Positions 32,801 through 45,060 of a stretch of DNA of 64,000 bases are shown here, piece by piece. Position numbers and translations under genes: made by a program. Source of the stretch: Sphyrna mokarran (taxonomy: Eukaryota); contig JAGIQG010000012.1 in assembly GCA_024679065.1 (NCBI GenBank), positions 50,034,001 to 50,098,000 on the forward strand, written 5' to 3'. Under the pieces are notes generated by a model. It was given only the letters and a program-made list of their open reading frames with translations. It had not been told where the DNA came from and did not search any database. Within the stretch, counting starts at the first letter, position 1. Every line of letters begins with the position of its first letter.

Positions 32801-35800
32801 CTCTTTCCGGAGAACAGGAAAGCCCATACTGTTCACGACAGAAGAGGGAAAACCTACCAGTCTTCGGGGGGACCTCAATCAAAGATATTATTTTCCCACA
32901 GCCTGGATCAGACAGCATTTTATGACTGCAGTCTTAATGTCAAAATAAATCATGTTTTAATTTACGTCCTGTAATTCGGATCGATTGAGATCTCACTGAG
33001 AGTGTTTAAACCGACCACTTTGCCTGGACGATGGAGAGGACGCTCTGAGTTCTGCACCCTTCTGGCTCCTCGTCTTCTCCCCCCAAAATGAAGGAAAGTT
33101 TTGTTGTTGCTGCAACGGGGTGACACCAAACAGTTGCATTCACTTCCTAACCCATCCATTAAAAACACCAGTCAGGCTTTATGGTCTCCTTGTTCAGAAA
33201 TAAAATGACGTGGCTGACAGACACTGATTGATTTAACAGACTGCTCGCGATCCTTAATAAGTTAAATGCCATACCATTTCTGTATCATCAGTTTATTTCA
33301 GACAGCGGATGATTTACTGGCTAATACCTAGGTTTTGCCATTTTTCCTATCGAATTGAATAGGACAATGAAATTAGCAGTCATTGCCCTTGCTTCGTAAA
33401 CGAGTGTTTTAATGTATCACCAGCTTATAATAAAATATATAATATATAATAAAATATTTGCATACTGTGGTTGTGTGACTGCAGAAAGCTTTTCTTCAAA
33501 AGATTTAAAACATTATATTAAATGTTAGCATTATATTAAAGTTGTAAGCATTCCTTCTTCCAACACACCCCTTAATATGTGCTTCAACATGTACTCACAG
33601 CTTCCACCCTCATTACAAAGATGCAAGTGGACCATTTAACAGAAACTAGTTTGTAGGCGACTGTTAGTATTTCAGTCTTTTGGCTAAGATCAAACATCAA
33701 GCTCATGACGGGGGTACAAAGCTTTATCTTATCAGCTTGGATCTTGTTTGTCTCTCTTGTGGGGACCAAGAATTGGATTCAATTAGAATTTGAATTGGGG
33801 TTTGCCCGGCCTACTCTGAGTATTGGTTTTGTAACTTTAAGGATAGAATTTTAAAAAATTTTAAAAAACTGTTAGTCACTGTAGCTGTACCTAATTCTCA
33901 AAATTGAATTTCAGAACTTTTTACTGCAATTTGCTAAGTAATTACAGCCAATGTCAGCAATTATCTAAGATGTAAATTTCTCTGCAATTGTACATGGTAA
34001 TCAGTTATTGTGCAACGGGGGAATTGAAAGGGAAACATATGATTATTTATTCACCCTCCCCCCCCCCCATATTTTTATTCGGTTGCCATAAACGATTGAA
34101 GACAAATGTTTCTATTGTTATTTTAACCACAAGACAAATGCATCATAATATTATGGCATTGTTTATGCAATGACTAAATAAATGTAACTTCTCGCACATT
34201 CCGCGTTTTGTCATATTTATTAGGCTTTCGTGCTAATCTCATTATCTGAGAATTCGGATAGTATAGTCTGTCAGTAATAAAGAATATTAAATGAAACTGT
34301 CTTTTGGACATATTTTGGTAACGGTAAAGCTATTAGTCTTTACAATTATAGTTTCATGGTACCGCAACCGGCAAATTGATTCTAAAAGTGTGCTGACTTT
34401 TTGTAAGCTAGTTATGAAATAGTTAGCTGATTCTCTGCAGACAACACCGCGTCTGCCAATAATTAAAGGATCCGAGTAAATACAGCTTGTGCTTGAATCA
34501 TGATCTACACAGATGGCTTTTCAAGGATTCCCCAAACCGTGGTTTGCTAAAGAAAAGTGCAGTTACATTAGGCCCGACCCTTCAACTTCAGCCATGGAAA
34601 ATACCAGGGTGAAATGTCCTATCCATTACTCAAGGTGAAGATGTGTAAGAAGGGAGTGTTAGTGAGACTGTACATATTGCGTGTGCGTTTGCCTCTCATT
34701 ATTTATCGCTGTAACCATTATGTATCACTTTTATTCATTCACAGATAAGGTAAGCACGCATCGAATTAAAATGATGCATTCGCATTCCCCACAGGACATG
34801 TGATCGCTGTGCTTTTAACGATTCCAGCTATTAAAACATATTTGTTGATTTTGTTTAAATTCTAAAGCCTGTACAATATTACTTAGTGATAGATAAATGA
34901 TTAATCTCCCACCCTCTTTACTGCTGAATCCATTATGCTCCGCCTTGACTTGAGTTTACTCTGCTGTGAAATACTCTTTAGAAGGGAGGGGGTGGGGGAA
35001 GGTTATTTAGCGTTAGAGAGTTTTCACCCAGCCAAAACATTCCCCATCGAGTCTCTCTAATGCCTGAGGAAACATTCGATGAATTAAACGTTGCACGAAC
35101 CAATGCATCATTAGGACAGTATAACGATGTCACCTTGTCGGGGCCGTGGCTCTTTACAGAACCCATTTGTTGAATATCAGAGTCATATCCAGCTGATGAA
35201 TTACAACACGAACCTCTTTGGCTCAACAACTTCTTTCATAGGCATTCTAATGTAATCCCTTTTAGCCGTTTATGTAAAGAATGTTAGCGGTTGAGATGTA
35301 ATGCCTTTAAGTACTGTACTGCAGAGCTAGTGAAATTTATAGTCTGTATATATATTCTGGCTCCAGATATCAGCAGTATAATGGATGGCTGTATTTCATG
35401 AATCCAAGTATATCTTCCCGGCTGCTAGGAATCAAAAGTCATTCCATTTATGGTGCACTAATGTCTCTTAGTTAATCCAAAAGACAGGCAATAAAATTTA
35501 GTAGTAAATGTACTGTTTGATAACAAAGAACTTTTATTGATTATAGAAACGTTCTAAACTAAATAAACCACCTTCTTATTATTATATCTGCGGACAAACT
35601 TTACAGCAGTGATTAAGGCAGTGAAAGAGACAGTAAACTCTGTGTAAATAAACTATGAACCTGTTTTAAAGCAAATGTTCCAATAGATATAAAACAGAGC
35701 CAACACAAAGAAGATATGTTTTGCAAAATTAAATGCACTCATTATTGACACTATAAACCAGACGATTCCAATCCCAGATTATATTGTTCATTTTCCCACT

Positions 35801-37589
35801 TTGTGACACATTCCCGGTTAAAGTATTACTTTTTTAAATAACAAAATAAATGCTTATTAGCACTAAGATGTAATGTGCTTTGGCAACTCAAAGCATCCAC
35901 GTTGAAAACTTTATTTTGTCTTGGAAAGAAAACGTTCAGTTCAAAATGTCAATCGTGAATCTTGGATGGAATACCAAGGATCAAATCCGCAGCTCCTTTT
36001 GGCGCTGCTGTTGCCTTTCCACCATCGCTGCTTTCACTAGAGATTTCCAGCACTTTTTTAAAAGCTCAGAAAAAAAGGCTCTTGGTATGAACATATTTTG
36101 TGTGAATATATAGGCAAACATGGGCATTGTGAATAGCCTCAAATCAATGCCGCTCATTATTTTTATGAAACAGGAGAACACAAGGGGAAAAGCTCCGCAG
36201 CAGCTGGACGCTATGAGGGGTTGGGATTGCTAGAGTTGTGATTTAGAGCACAGTCAGATCATAAATTAACTGATTTCTGAAACTTTTTAAACGTCCGATA
36301 ATGAGATTACGGAAATACCCTAATTAACTGCGCATGTCGGCACTGACTGCAAATTGAGTTTTGGAAAACACGAAGAAAAATTATGCCAAAATATGTCAAT
36401 CCTAGGATATGTTTAAATACTGACGTGAATTATTGAGTTATGAAAAGCCTAAATAGTTGCACTATGCCAGTGATCAGCGTGTTTCAGAGTTTTAACACAG
36501 AGTCAGAGATGCTTATCAGAAATACTTTTTTTTTGGACAGTTTTGAATTCCAGGTCTCCTGAGACGGCTTTAAAATTACCTCTCGCACAACACGGTCACC
36601 GTTTCTATGAGGACGCTGGTGTAACCATTTGAAAAGTTTAGCATTTAACTCTTTATCAAGCAAAAGTGAGTTCTGTGGGATTGATAGACCTGGTGAGATT
36701 AATTCTTTAATCCCAAGAAGGAAACGGTGACATTTGCAAACGCAGATATCGCTTGTTTTCTGTTTTATAACGAGGCCACTGCATCGATGCATCGATGTAT
36801 CTGCACATGTTGTCAGAGGGCTGAATATCGTGTCTATATGTTTTTCTGAAATCGCTATAAAACTAATATCAAAATTAGTCTAACTCATTGTGTGAGATTT
36901 CCTATGATAAAGTATGCAATGAGATATCCGATGTAAAATTATGCAGTGTTAATATGTATTGATGGCAGTCCAATCGTTTTTTTTCTCTCTAAACTGGTTC
37001 CCACTTTTAAAGAAAACTTGGTCTAATCCCGCCATCTGACCCATAAAACTCTAATTAGTGGACTGGAGTCAATGATGTGCATTCTCGAAGCAGCCAGGTG
37101 GTCGCACTCACTGTCATCTCCACATGAGACCCCCCTTCGCCTTTTAACTGGGACCTCACGGAAAGACCCAGAGATCAATAATCAGCTTAATGGAGCTCAT
37201 TAGGATGATTACCAGCCACTAGCTTGTGAAACTCCCCAGCTCTTTTCCATCCTAGTGTTCAGAGATGTTTAAGGAAGAGTCTACTTTCTTCGAGAGGCGA
37301 GAGCTCCGTCTGTTTGTGTCCAGTGCGGGGGAGGGCAACACATCAATCAAACCAGAACCTCTCTGCCGCACGACCAGGGGTTGGCGGCCTTTCCAATGAC
37401 GATTTGTTTATAGCCCAATGCCGAGGCCAGCTCAAAAAGTTAATTGCATGTTTACGGCTGGATCCAAATACCTTTGCATCATCCTAGAAAACCGCCCAAC
37501 CACCCTTACAAACGGTGATCTATGGAGGTACCAGGAAAAGGCCCCAATCACCTAAATTAAATTTTCCGTCGATCAAATGATAAAGTTTT

Positions 37590-37662
37590 AAAGTTTATTT
37601 ATTAGTGTCACAAGTAGACTTACATTAACACTGCAATGAAATTACTGCGAAAATCCCCTAAT
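37590..37662 (-). mobile_element. Isolated 3' tail of the second V-SINE subfamily
   Basis: tttattagtgtcacaagtagacttacattaacactgcaatgaa...aaaatccccta is the reverse complement of the tail at 15340-15410. Confidence 0.7.
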
Positions 37663-40600
37663 CATAATAGAATCCATTACTTTGAAATTAAATGTTTAAG
37701 TGGTCGATTGATCACATTTAGTTTTTCATATATACTAGTCTGTTATTGTTGCTGAATACTTTAAAAAATAAAGCACCGATAATCATTATTTAGAAATCGT
37801 GTTGCACTTAAAATTATTCCAATTTAAACATGCTGGAAGATCATGTTTGTTATTAGTCCTGCATAATGATTGCTGTTAGTAATATACCAGTGTACAGCTG
37901 TCCCAATCCACCAATCTCCGATAATCTGGAAAATGTTCGAACTGCAACATAAACTGACCAATGAAATCCCATTATCCCCTTAATGGTGTTGATTTTTACT
38001 TTCTATGTTCCGGTTAAAACATATTCTTTGTAAGGTGTTATTAGGCTGTAAATCTCTAGGAGTGTTACGGTGTGGAGCAGTTCACTTCCATTTTAAATAT
38101 CCCTGCAATACCTTCGTGAGGGCGAGAGAGGTTAAGCTATGGCCTGCATTATTCATTCCTGCGCTACATTCTAAAGTAATTCCCTATCAACCTTGAAAAC
38201 GACAGCTCTGAAAAAGATGGAAGACAAGTAGTTGTGCGGCTTAGTTGGGTACAATACTTATGGCGTTGTAAACAAACGTTTGACAAGTACAGTCATGTTA
38301 CTGACACTCTATTAACTGGGAAGTGTCTTTGAATGGAGCTTTGAACAGACCGGGTCCAATAGCCCATGCACTATATTGTAGTTTTATGGAAATGGTCGCA
38401 TGTGTTCATTTAATTCGGTTCTTTCCATTCATTTAGAATCTCCAGCTATTATAATCTCAATCGCTTTACACATTAGATATTGAAGCCGGGTTTCAAATGA
38501 GTCTTTAACGTTCCTCACAGTCAATCATTCTTCAGTTAGTTAGGAGGATCCTGATAACAGGTTTGGCTTGCCAAAACATCAGCTGGGAGTTTATTTAATT
38601 CTAATAAATTGGTGTTTATTTTAAAATGTGAATAAAGATTTAGTGTAAACGGTCATTAGTTCTGATGAGCGTCGAACAGCAATAATAAGGTCGTTTATTT
38701 ACTGTGAGAAGCAAAAGTTGACATTATAGATGTAACAATCTGTCTTGGTGGACGCCAGCCAGTCCAGGGGGGTTTACCAGGGGCAGTCCACTGTGGAAAG
38801 AATATCTTCGCATTCTGAAGCGTTGTTTTTTTTTGCCCCAGTGCGTCAGAACTTTCAACTTCCAGGTGGAAGACTTCAGAGCAGATTTTCAATCCGTACG
38901 TTTTCTGCGAATCCATGCCAGCGGACAGGTAACGACCGTTACAGATGACAATCTAACTACAGTACTACACTTCACATCTGACTGTCGGAGGACCCAGTAA
39001 CTGGAGAATTTCTGGGAGGGCAAACCATTCAGTAGGAAGTAGTGGCAGGTGTGGGGGAGGAGTTATTCGATTTCCCCCTAACTTTGCAAACGACTGTTGC
39101 ATTTTCCAGAACAGAAAACAATCTTTCGTTTGAGCTGGCGTTTCTGCCTTCAGACTATACAAGCACGTAAACAAAACTAACTCCATGACTAATGTTTATT
39201 GGGACCACATTGAGGAAAGTCAACAAATGTGATCGAATCCAACGGTTTAAAATGGATGAACGAAAGTTGACATGTTTGTGCAAATAACAACAAATGTGTT
39301 GACAGGTATTTATTTTAGTGGGCTGACAATCCTTCAATTTCCTCGCGCATCGTTTCTGTGTAGGAATTACTCACAGAGCTAAACAAAATCTGTATACCAT
39401 CAGAACCAGACCAATTCCATCACTTGTCGCTGCCCCGATAAAAGACCAAATTAAATTGGCCTTGGGGTAAATTCGGCAGTATTAATAAATACGGCAGTGC
39501 GCTCAGGCCAACAGGGTGTATTTTGCCTCAAAACTTGTTTTGCTTCAATTTACGTATAAAATGGCCAGTTCATTGCTGCCGTTGAAAATAGTGATAGTGA
39601 AGATTGGTTAAATGCCTGAGAATTGTGTTTATGCACGATAACAATTAATCTCAAGCTTTTAGTTTAAAAGCACAAATACCTTGCAATTATAAATGTATTT
39701 AATTTTCCAATATCTTTGTAATGTCGCATTTTCGCCCACTGGAAAAATAACTGCGCGGTCCTATGCAGACAAACCTGACTCAGTATTGACGGTCCAAGGT
39801 TGAAAGATCATTAGCCTACCTCCTATCACTTTCACAGGGTCTCGCCTTTAAGGTTATAATATTTTGAATGTGACCCTCATTTAAAACAAGGCTCACTATA
39901 TATGCTTTAAAGTGTAAGATATATTGCAATAACTCTCTACTCAAATGAACAGGGATCCATTTAAACTTGTTTATGTTTTCTCTCACCTTTCCAAAAAGAG
40001 CGGAGTAAATCTCACTCGAAGCGTTTCACTCACTTGAAAACAGCAGCAACAGATCTGCAGGCCACAAACCGGAGAGTGGATTGAAGCATTTTATATTCAG
40101 ACTGTTAGAAACTAAAGATCATGCCTGGAGATCTTATTTTTTAAAAAAGGATCATTCAGTGCATTTCATTTAGGAAACGTTCAAAGTCAGGCGTAAGTAG
40201 GTGAAGAAAGCGGGATTCAATCTGGTTTCACATTCACAGTTCTAAACCTTGCTGTCTTCTGTCAACGATACGTCAGATCAGCCCTATATTGGCGGCTATC
40301 CAAAACTGCCAACTAGCCAAAGTTCAGTTTACTCGCACTTTAACTGGGAACTGGCCTTCCAAAAACTTTTCTAATTAGATTGAGTAATTTGAAATATATG
40401 ATGGAGTGATGGAGTGAAATTGCACCGTACCTGTCTATAATTCCAGCCATTAATCGGGCTAAACTCGTCTTTTGATGTTGTTTGGTTATTACAAGTGAGG
40501 TTAAACAAAAGTACAAACATGGCATCTGACATTTAGCTAAAGAAGCACTGGAACTCGAAAGGCGAAAACTTAAAATGCGTTCCTGACAATTTTTTTTTGA

Positions 40601-41166
40601 TCCCCACTGTATAATATCCGAGATGTGTGGGTTTGGTTAAAATTTAACAATGAGCAGAAACCCCGCTGTTGGTGTGCTTTACGAGAGTGGGAGACGCGCG
40701 CAAAGAGTCCAGAGAGATCAGAACTCAATTGCCATGTGTGGCACCAGGCTACAGTCCCTTGCACCCGATCCCTGGAGCCACATGGCCGCTTGGCACGGGC
40801 CAGTTAATAAACAGTCCAGTGACCAGCCTATCAGAGGCGGGTTACAGAGAGTGTTTCTAATCAACTTTGTTATAATAGAAATATATTTATACCGTATTAA
40901 CGCCTCTCTCAATAAGCAGCTAATTATAACTGGGAATAACTATGTACTTTTTTAATGGATTGTGTACATCGGTAGAAAAGACCAGAGATTTGTCTGGCAA
41001 CTCTGCAACTACGAGCGCGGCCATTATTAAAATTGATTTGTTAACGAATAAATATTTAAAAATATTAAAAGTCCGTGACCAACTTTTCCTGTTTTCCATT
41101 TACAATCCCAACATATAATCTTTTTGGAGAGGGAGGGGGATGTCTTTATATTACACATTCAAGTCA

Positions 41167-41172
41167 TTTATT
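41167..41172 (-). terminator. Candidate HLX polyadenylation signal (second AATAAA at 41487-41492)
   Basis: AATAAA on the minus strand ~800 nt after the stop codon, following an AU-rich tract, with GU-rich sequence downstream. Confidence 0.5.
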
Positions 41173-41969
41173 CTAATACAAAAATAGAGTGGAAAATATA
41201 AGCTGTTAAAATAATTATAAATTTAGTACAATTAAATATCGTTAATTGGATACTTGGAAATGTTGTTTCCTAACAAGACAAACGCGATTAAGGAACAATA
41301 ATCATTCACCAAAGAACGAGAATAAATATGTTGGACAGTATTTAATTCAGTTCCCCAAATTCATGCAAGAACTAATTTGATCTCTGGTTTAGTATTACTC
41401 GGGGCATTCTTGCAGAGAAAGAAAATGGTTTAAAAAAAAAGGTCGTCAACAAGTACAACAAAGGATTCTTAAAACAGTATACCCATTTTATTGGCTGCAG
41501 TTACCATCAGTGCAATCTTTCGAATCAACTGGTATTAGAATGAAATATTAGCCATCGTTAAGGGAGTAGACTTGGTAAGAGCAGACGGAGGTTATTCTGA
41601 ATGTTATAACACAATGAGAATGCACACAGAGGTGCTGAAAACCTTTTGTCGCAAGTATTATGCATTAATCGGCTGTTTCTAATAATCCAGCTGGGTATAC
41701 AGCAAGCACGTGGAAATCAATGTGAAAACATTAAAACCTATCATACAAAAAACCATTCACCTCTAAAAGTCTTTTTTAAACAAGTCCGTGATTTCTCCTG
41801 ACGAACGCTGTATTTACATATTTGCAATTTACAGGGAGGAAGTTGAGAGAACGATCTATGTCTCATCTTCCTTTCGCAACAATATAATTTACTCCTTTCT
41901 TCTGAAAAAAAAATGTCCTTCACCTCGTGGTAATCCTATTAGGAGGGGTGGGTTAAAATTATGTCACAT

Positions 41970-42296
41970 TTATAGCACAATTTGCAACGGAGATGCTGGG
42001 GCACTTGGTGCAGCCGGTGAGACACTTTGCTTCAACACTGCAGTACTTAAAGAGGCGAGTCCCGGTCTGATGACAGTGGCTTTGTGGTCGGGGCACTCGT
42101 TCACCTCAATGTCCTTCTCATTAGTATCAGTTAATTCGGAGTCACTTTTTTCACTGTCACTCTGGCTCTCTCTCACTCGCTGTTCTCCCTCGAGAGACGC
42201 GGGTTTCTCCAATTGCTCCTTCTCTTTCTCTTTCTGGGCCTGGGCTTCCTTCGAATGTCTCCACTTCATCCGCCTGTTCTGAAACCATACTTTCAC
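41970..42296 (-). CDS. HLX: HLX exon 4 (homeodomain helix 3 and acidic C-terminus)
   Basis: Acceptor ctag|GTGAAA; VKVWFQNRRMKWRHSKEAQAQK; TAA at 41970-41972. Confidence 0.97.
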   Translation of the reverse strand: MKVWFQNRRMKWRHSKEAQAQKEKEKEQLEKPASLEGEQRVRESQSDSEKSDSELTDTNEKDIEVNECPDHKATVIRPGLASLSTAVLKQSVSPAAPSAPASPLQIVL

Positions 42297-42800
42297 CTAG
42301 CGAGAGAAGGACAAATCCCACAACTTTAACATAATAATAATTGATTTCTTTTTGAAAAAAATGAGTCCGACCCTTTCCTGTTCACTCAGTCCCGGAGGGT
42401 GAGTGCGTGAACATTTCAGCTCCTTGACTCACACAGAAGTGTTACAAACTGTAGCCTTGATTTTCCGCGAGTTACCACTTCCTCTCTGCTCCGAGTTTTT
42501 AACAACTCGCATTAAAGCTGTGTGGTGGTCACACTTCAACAGTTTCAGCAGAGCCCTTTTGCACTTTCCTTCATATGAATAATACCGCCTATTATTAATA
42601 ATTAAAGCGAGTGTATTACAGTGTACCCTGCCTCGCTTCTTACTCTGCTGATCTTAACGCTACTTATTTTTAAATCCCCATGCTTCCCGCTGGATGGTTT
42701 TGCAGCGAACTATCACACAGTTATAAACCAACCTCTCCAAATTCTGACTGTGCTTCCAGTGTGAAAGGACACTGTAGACAATCCCATTTGAAGCACTAAC

Positions 42801-42985
42801 CTGTGCGTCAGTCAAGCCCAGCATCGCGGCCAGCTGCTTCCGGTCAGGTTTGGTCACATATTTCTGAATCTCAAATCTTTTTTCCAGTCCCTTTCTCTGC
42901 AGGTTAGAGAAGACGGCCCTGGACCAGGAGCGTTTCCGTTTGTACGTCTGGGGCATGGTGTCTTTCGTTAGAACGGCGTAAGGCC
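42801..42985 (-). CDS. HLX: HLX exon 3 (homeodomain helices 1-2)
   Basis: Acceptor tagcag|GGCCT, donor CAG|gttagt; [62 protein letters not shown]; 185 nt, phase 1 to 0. Confidence 0.97.
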
Positions 42986-43624
42986 CTGCTAATTAAAAAA
43001 AATGTTTAAAAAAAAAGCACCATCAGTGTTAATGTCGGCAAGAAGTTCTGCAAATGTTTCAGAGATAAAAAAAAAATACGCGCTTCCCATGTGATGTCTA
43101 ATCCGACTTAAGTGTCCCTATGTGTCAATAATTATAAACCACATGCGTTGTTGCTTTTTTCAACTGTTGGGTTGTAAAGTGTCCTTTCCTACCCATGCTC
43201 TGACTGGCATTAATGAAAAAGACATTAAGGTTTGACAGTTCCAGTAGTGCAAATTATAAAAAGCACTGCTCCTGGGTTAACTCATAATATATCGAGGGCA
43301 ACTGGGCCGAATTTGGACTCTTTTTAGATATTATCCAACTGTTTAAATCAATACACAATATAGATATGGGATCATTGTTTTGTTGGGGGTTTAAAATTGT
43401 GGAATTTGATCTAATAAATATGATACATGATGTTCAAAACATCTTGATGTGGCCGAGTGGTGACAATTTACCTTGCACAGCACAATTGTTTCCCTGAGAA
43501 TGAATACGCGTTTAGTGAAATGATCGCCTTCCAATATTGAAAGACTGTCACGAACATGTCGAGGCAGATTACTTTTATTTTTGTCTCTCTTTTTGGCGAA
43601 AATTGGCGAATTAAGACTATTAAC

Positions 43625-43789
43625 CTGGAAAAGAGTCCTGATAATGGTGCTGGGACGAGGTTCTGGAGTTCAAAACTGAGGAAGGCTCACCAAGTCCGGG
43701 GTCCAGGGAGGCAAAGAACTGGCTTGCGGAGCTCTGCACGGAGAGATGGACTCCAGCCTGGCGACCCGTGCCCATCAGCGAGGTCAGAT
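43625..43789 (-). CDS. HLX: HLX exon 2
   Basis: Branch point CACTAAC, pyrimidine tract, ctgcag|ATCTG; DLTSLMG...QFFASLDP...QHHYQDSFPG; donor CAG|gttaat; 165 nt keeps phase 1. Confidence 0.93.
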
Positions 43790-44980
43790 CTGCAGTGGGA
43801 AAGGCAGAAGAAGGAAGGGAGTGGGTGGACGTTAGTGTGCTGCTTTCTGAGGGGGGAAAAAAATAAAATCCATTTGCAATTTCAGCCTGGCCAATTCTCA
43901 AAACAGGTCAAAATGTCAGCCTGTGAAAGCATCTACAGCCTGGGACACGAGGGAGAAACCGAGATCTGCATTTAGAGACACCGGGAGCATTATACCCGTG
44001 CACAGTAAATGTCGCAGATATTCATTGTACATTTCAGCTCTTGTGCCCCTAATGATCCACCCCCACCCCCCATCCCCACGCCCTGCCACCTCCTCGGACA
44101 GGCATTAAAATGTGATCCCGTCACCCGTCCAGAAAGCAAACCGCTTTCCCCATCAATTTCACAGCAGTCACCGCTTGCTGCTTTTAAACCTGCCACTTTG
44201 CTGGAGGGTTCCTGCTGGTGCCCAAGGTGAGGGGCGGACGCTCTTACCTCGCAAGCTGCTGCACTCTTTGATTTTAAAATCGAAGTCGGTGGAGAGGATG
44301 CGGTCGATCCCGAATTTGAGGTCTTTGCTGGAGGGGGCGGGCAGCTGCTGGCCCGAGCCGGCGGCGAGGTGAATCCTGGCCGAAGAGGAAGTGCAGATGG
44401 CCGGCGCTCGCTGGTAAGGAGAGGCCGGAGAGAGTCTGGGCGTGAAGCCGCCGGGGGCCACGGGCGTCGGGCGCACTGGGGAACCGGCGGCCGGCTGCAG
44501 GGCGTGGGAGCCGCTCAGATGAGCCGCTCCGGGCAGAGGCGGCGGGCCACTCGGCATGTTCTCCGTGTCGCTGAGATGCAGGATGTCCGCGATGCAAAAC
44601 GAAGGTTTCTTCACCGAATCCAAGAAGCCATTCGAGCAATAGGCAGACCAGAGGCTGAAATTACTGGCGTAATATGGAGCTAGTCCTGTGGTGTACATTG
44701 TGCAATCGTCCTTCTGTCCCTTTTGGAAATAACAATTAAGATGGAAATGTGAAAGATATGATCAGAAATAGACTTGGGGGCGGGGTGGGGTGGGGGGGAG
44801 GAGGAGGGGGACTTGACTTTGCAAAGGAGAAAACTTTCCTAAAACTCATCTGCACATTTGGCAGAGAGTTCAAGTAGGCTTGGGAAGAAGTTGCCACTCT
44901 TCAACTCTGATTGGCTCCGCGTCCTGCCGGCGCAGCCAATGGCAACCAGAGCCCGGCAGCTGTTGGCCCCTCCTCCAGCA
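43650..44980. other. CpG island over the HLX promoter and exons 1-2
   Basis: Visibly high GC and CpG density, strongest at 44230-44640. Confidence 0.75.
44248..44698 (-). CDS. HLX: HLX exon 1 (H2.0-like homeobox N-terminus with two eh1-type motifs)
   Basis: MYTTGLAPYYASNFSLWSAYCS, FCIADIL and LKFGIDRILS match vertebrate HLX; donor GAG|gtaag; exon total 451+165+185+327=1128 nt = 375 aa + stop. Confidence 0.97.
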
Positions 44981-45060
44981 ATGCAGCTGTGGTTGAGGAA
45001 ATCCAGCAGACTTGAAAAGCTGGAAGCAACAATATTTCCAGGGTATTTTTGACATAAGCG
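44770..45060 (-). promoter_or_regulatory. HLX proximal promoter
   Basis: Two oppositely oriented CCAAT boxes (ctgattggct ~44907; agccaatgg ~44934) and GC-box/G-tract at 44776-44810, 80-250 nt upstream of the ATG; no clear TATA. Confidence 0.65.

Noticed and set aside
38661-38680. ctgatga motif (also at 35192 and 51219)
   Set aside because: No helix II plus GAAA; no snoRNA box D or terminal stem
40570-40955. Cluster of overlapping 60-101 aa ORFs
   Set aside because: Side effect of local GC richness; no protein similarity recognised
41788-42282. 164-aa plus-strand ORF, and plus-strand ORFs at 43556-43975 and 44369-44683
   Set aside because: Antisense shadows of HLX exons
42660-42800. Read-through of exon 3 into intron 3 (homeodomain lacking helix 3)
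   Set aside because: A 46-codon open intron stretch is expected by chance; no evidence of retention
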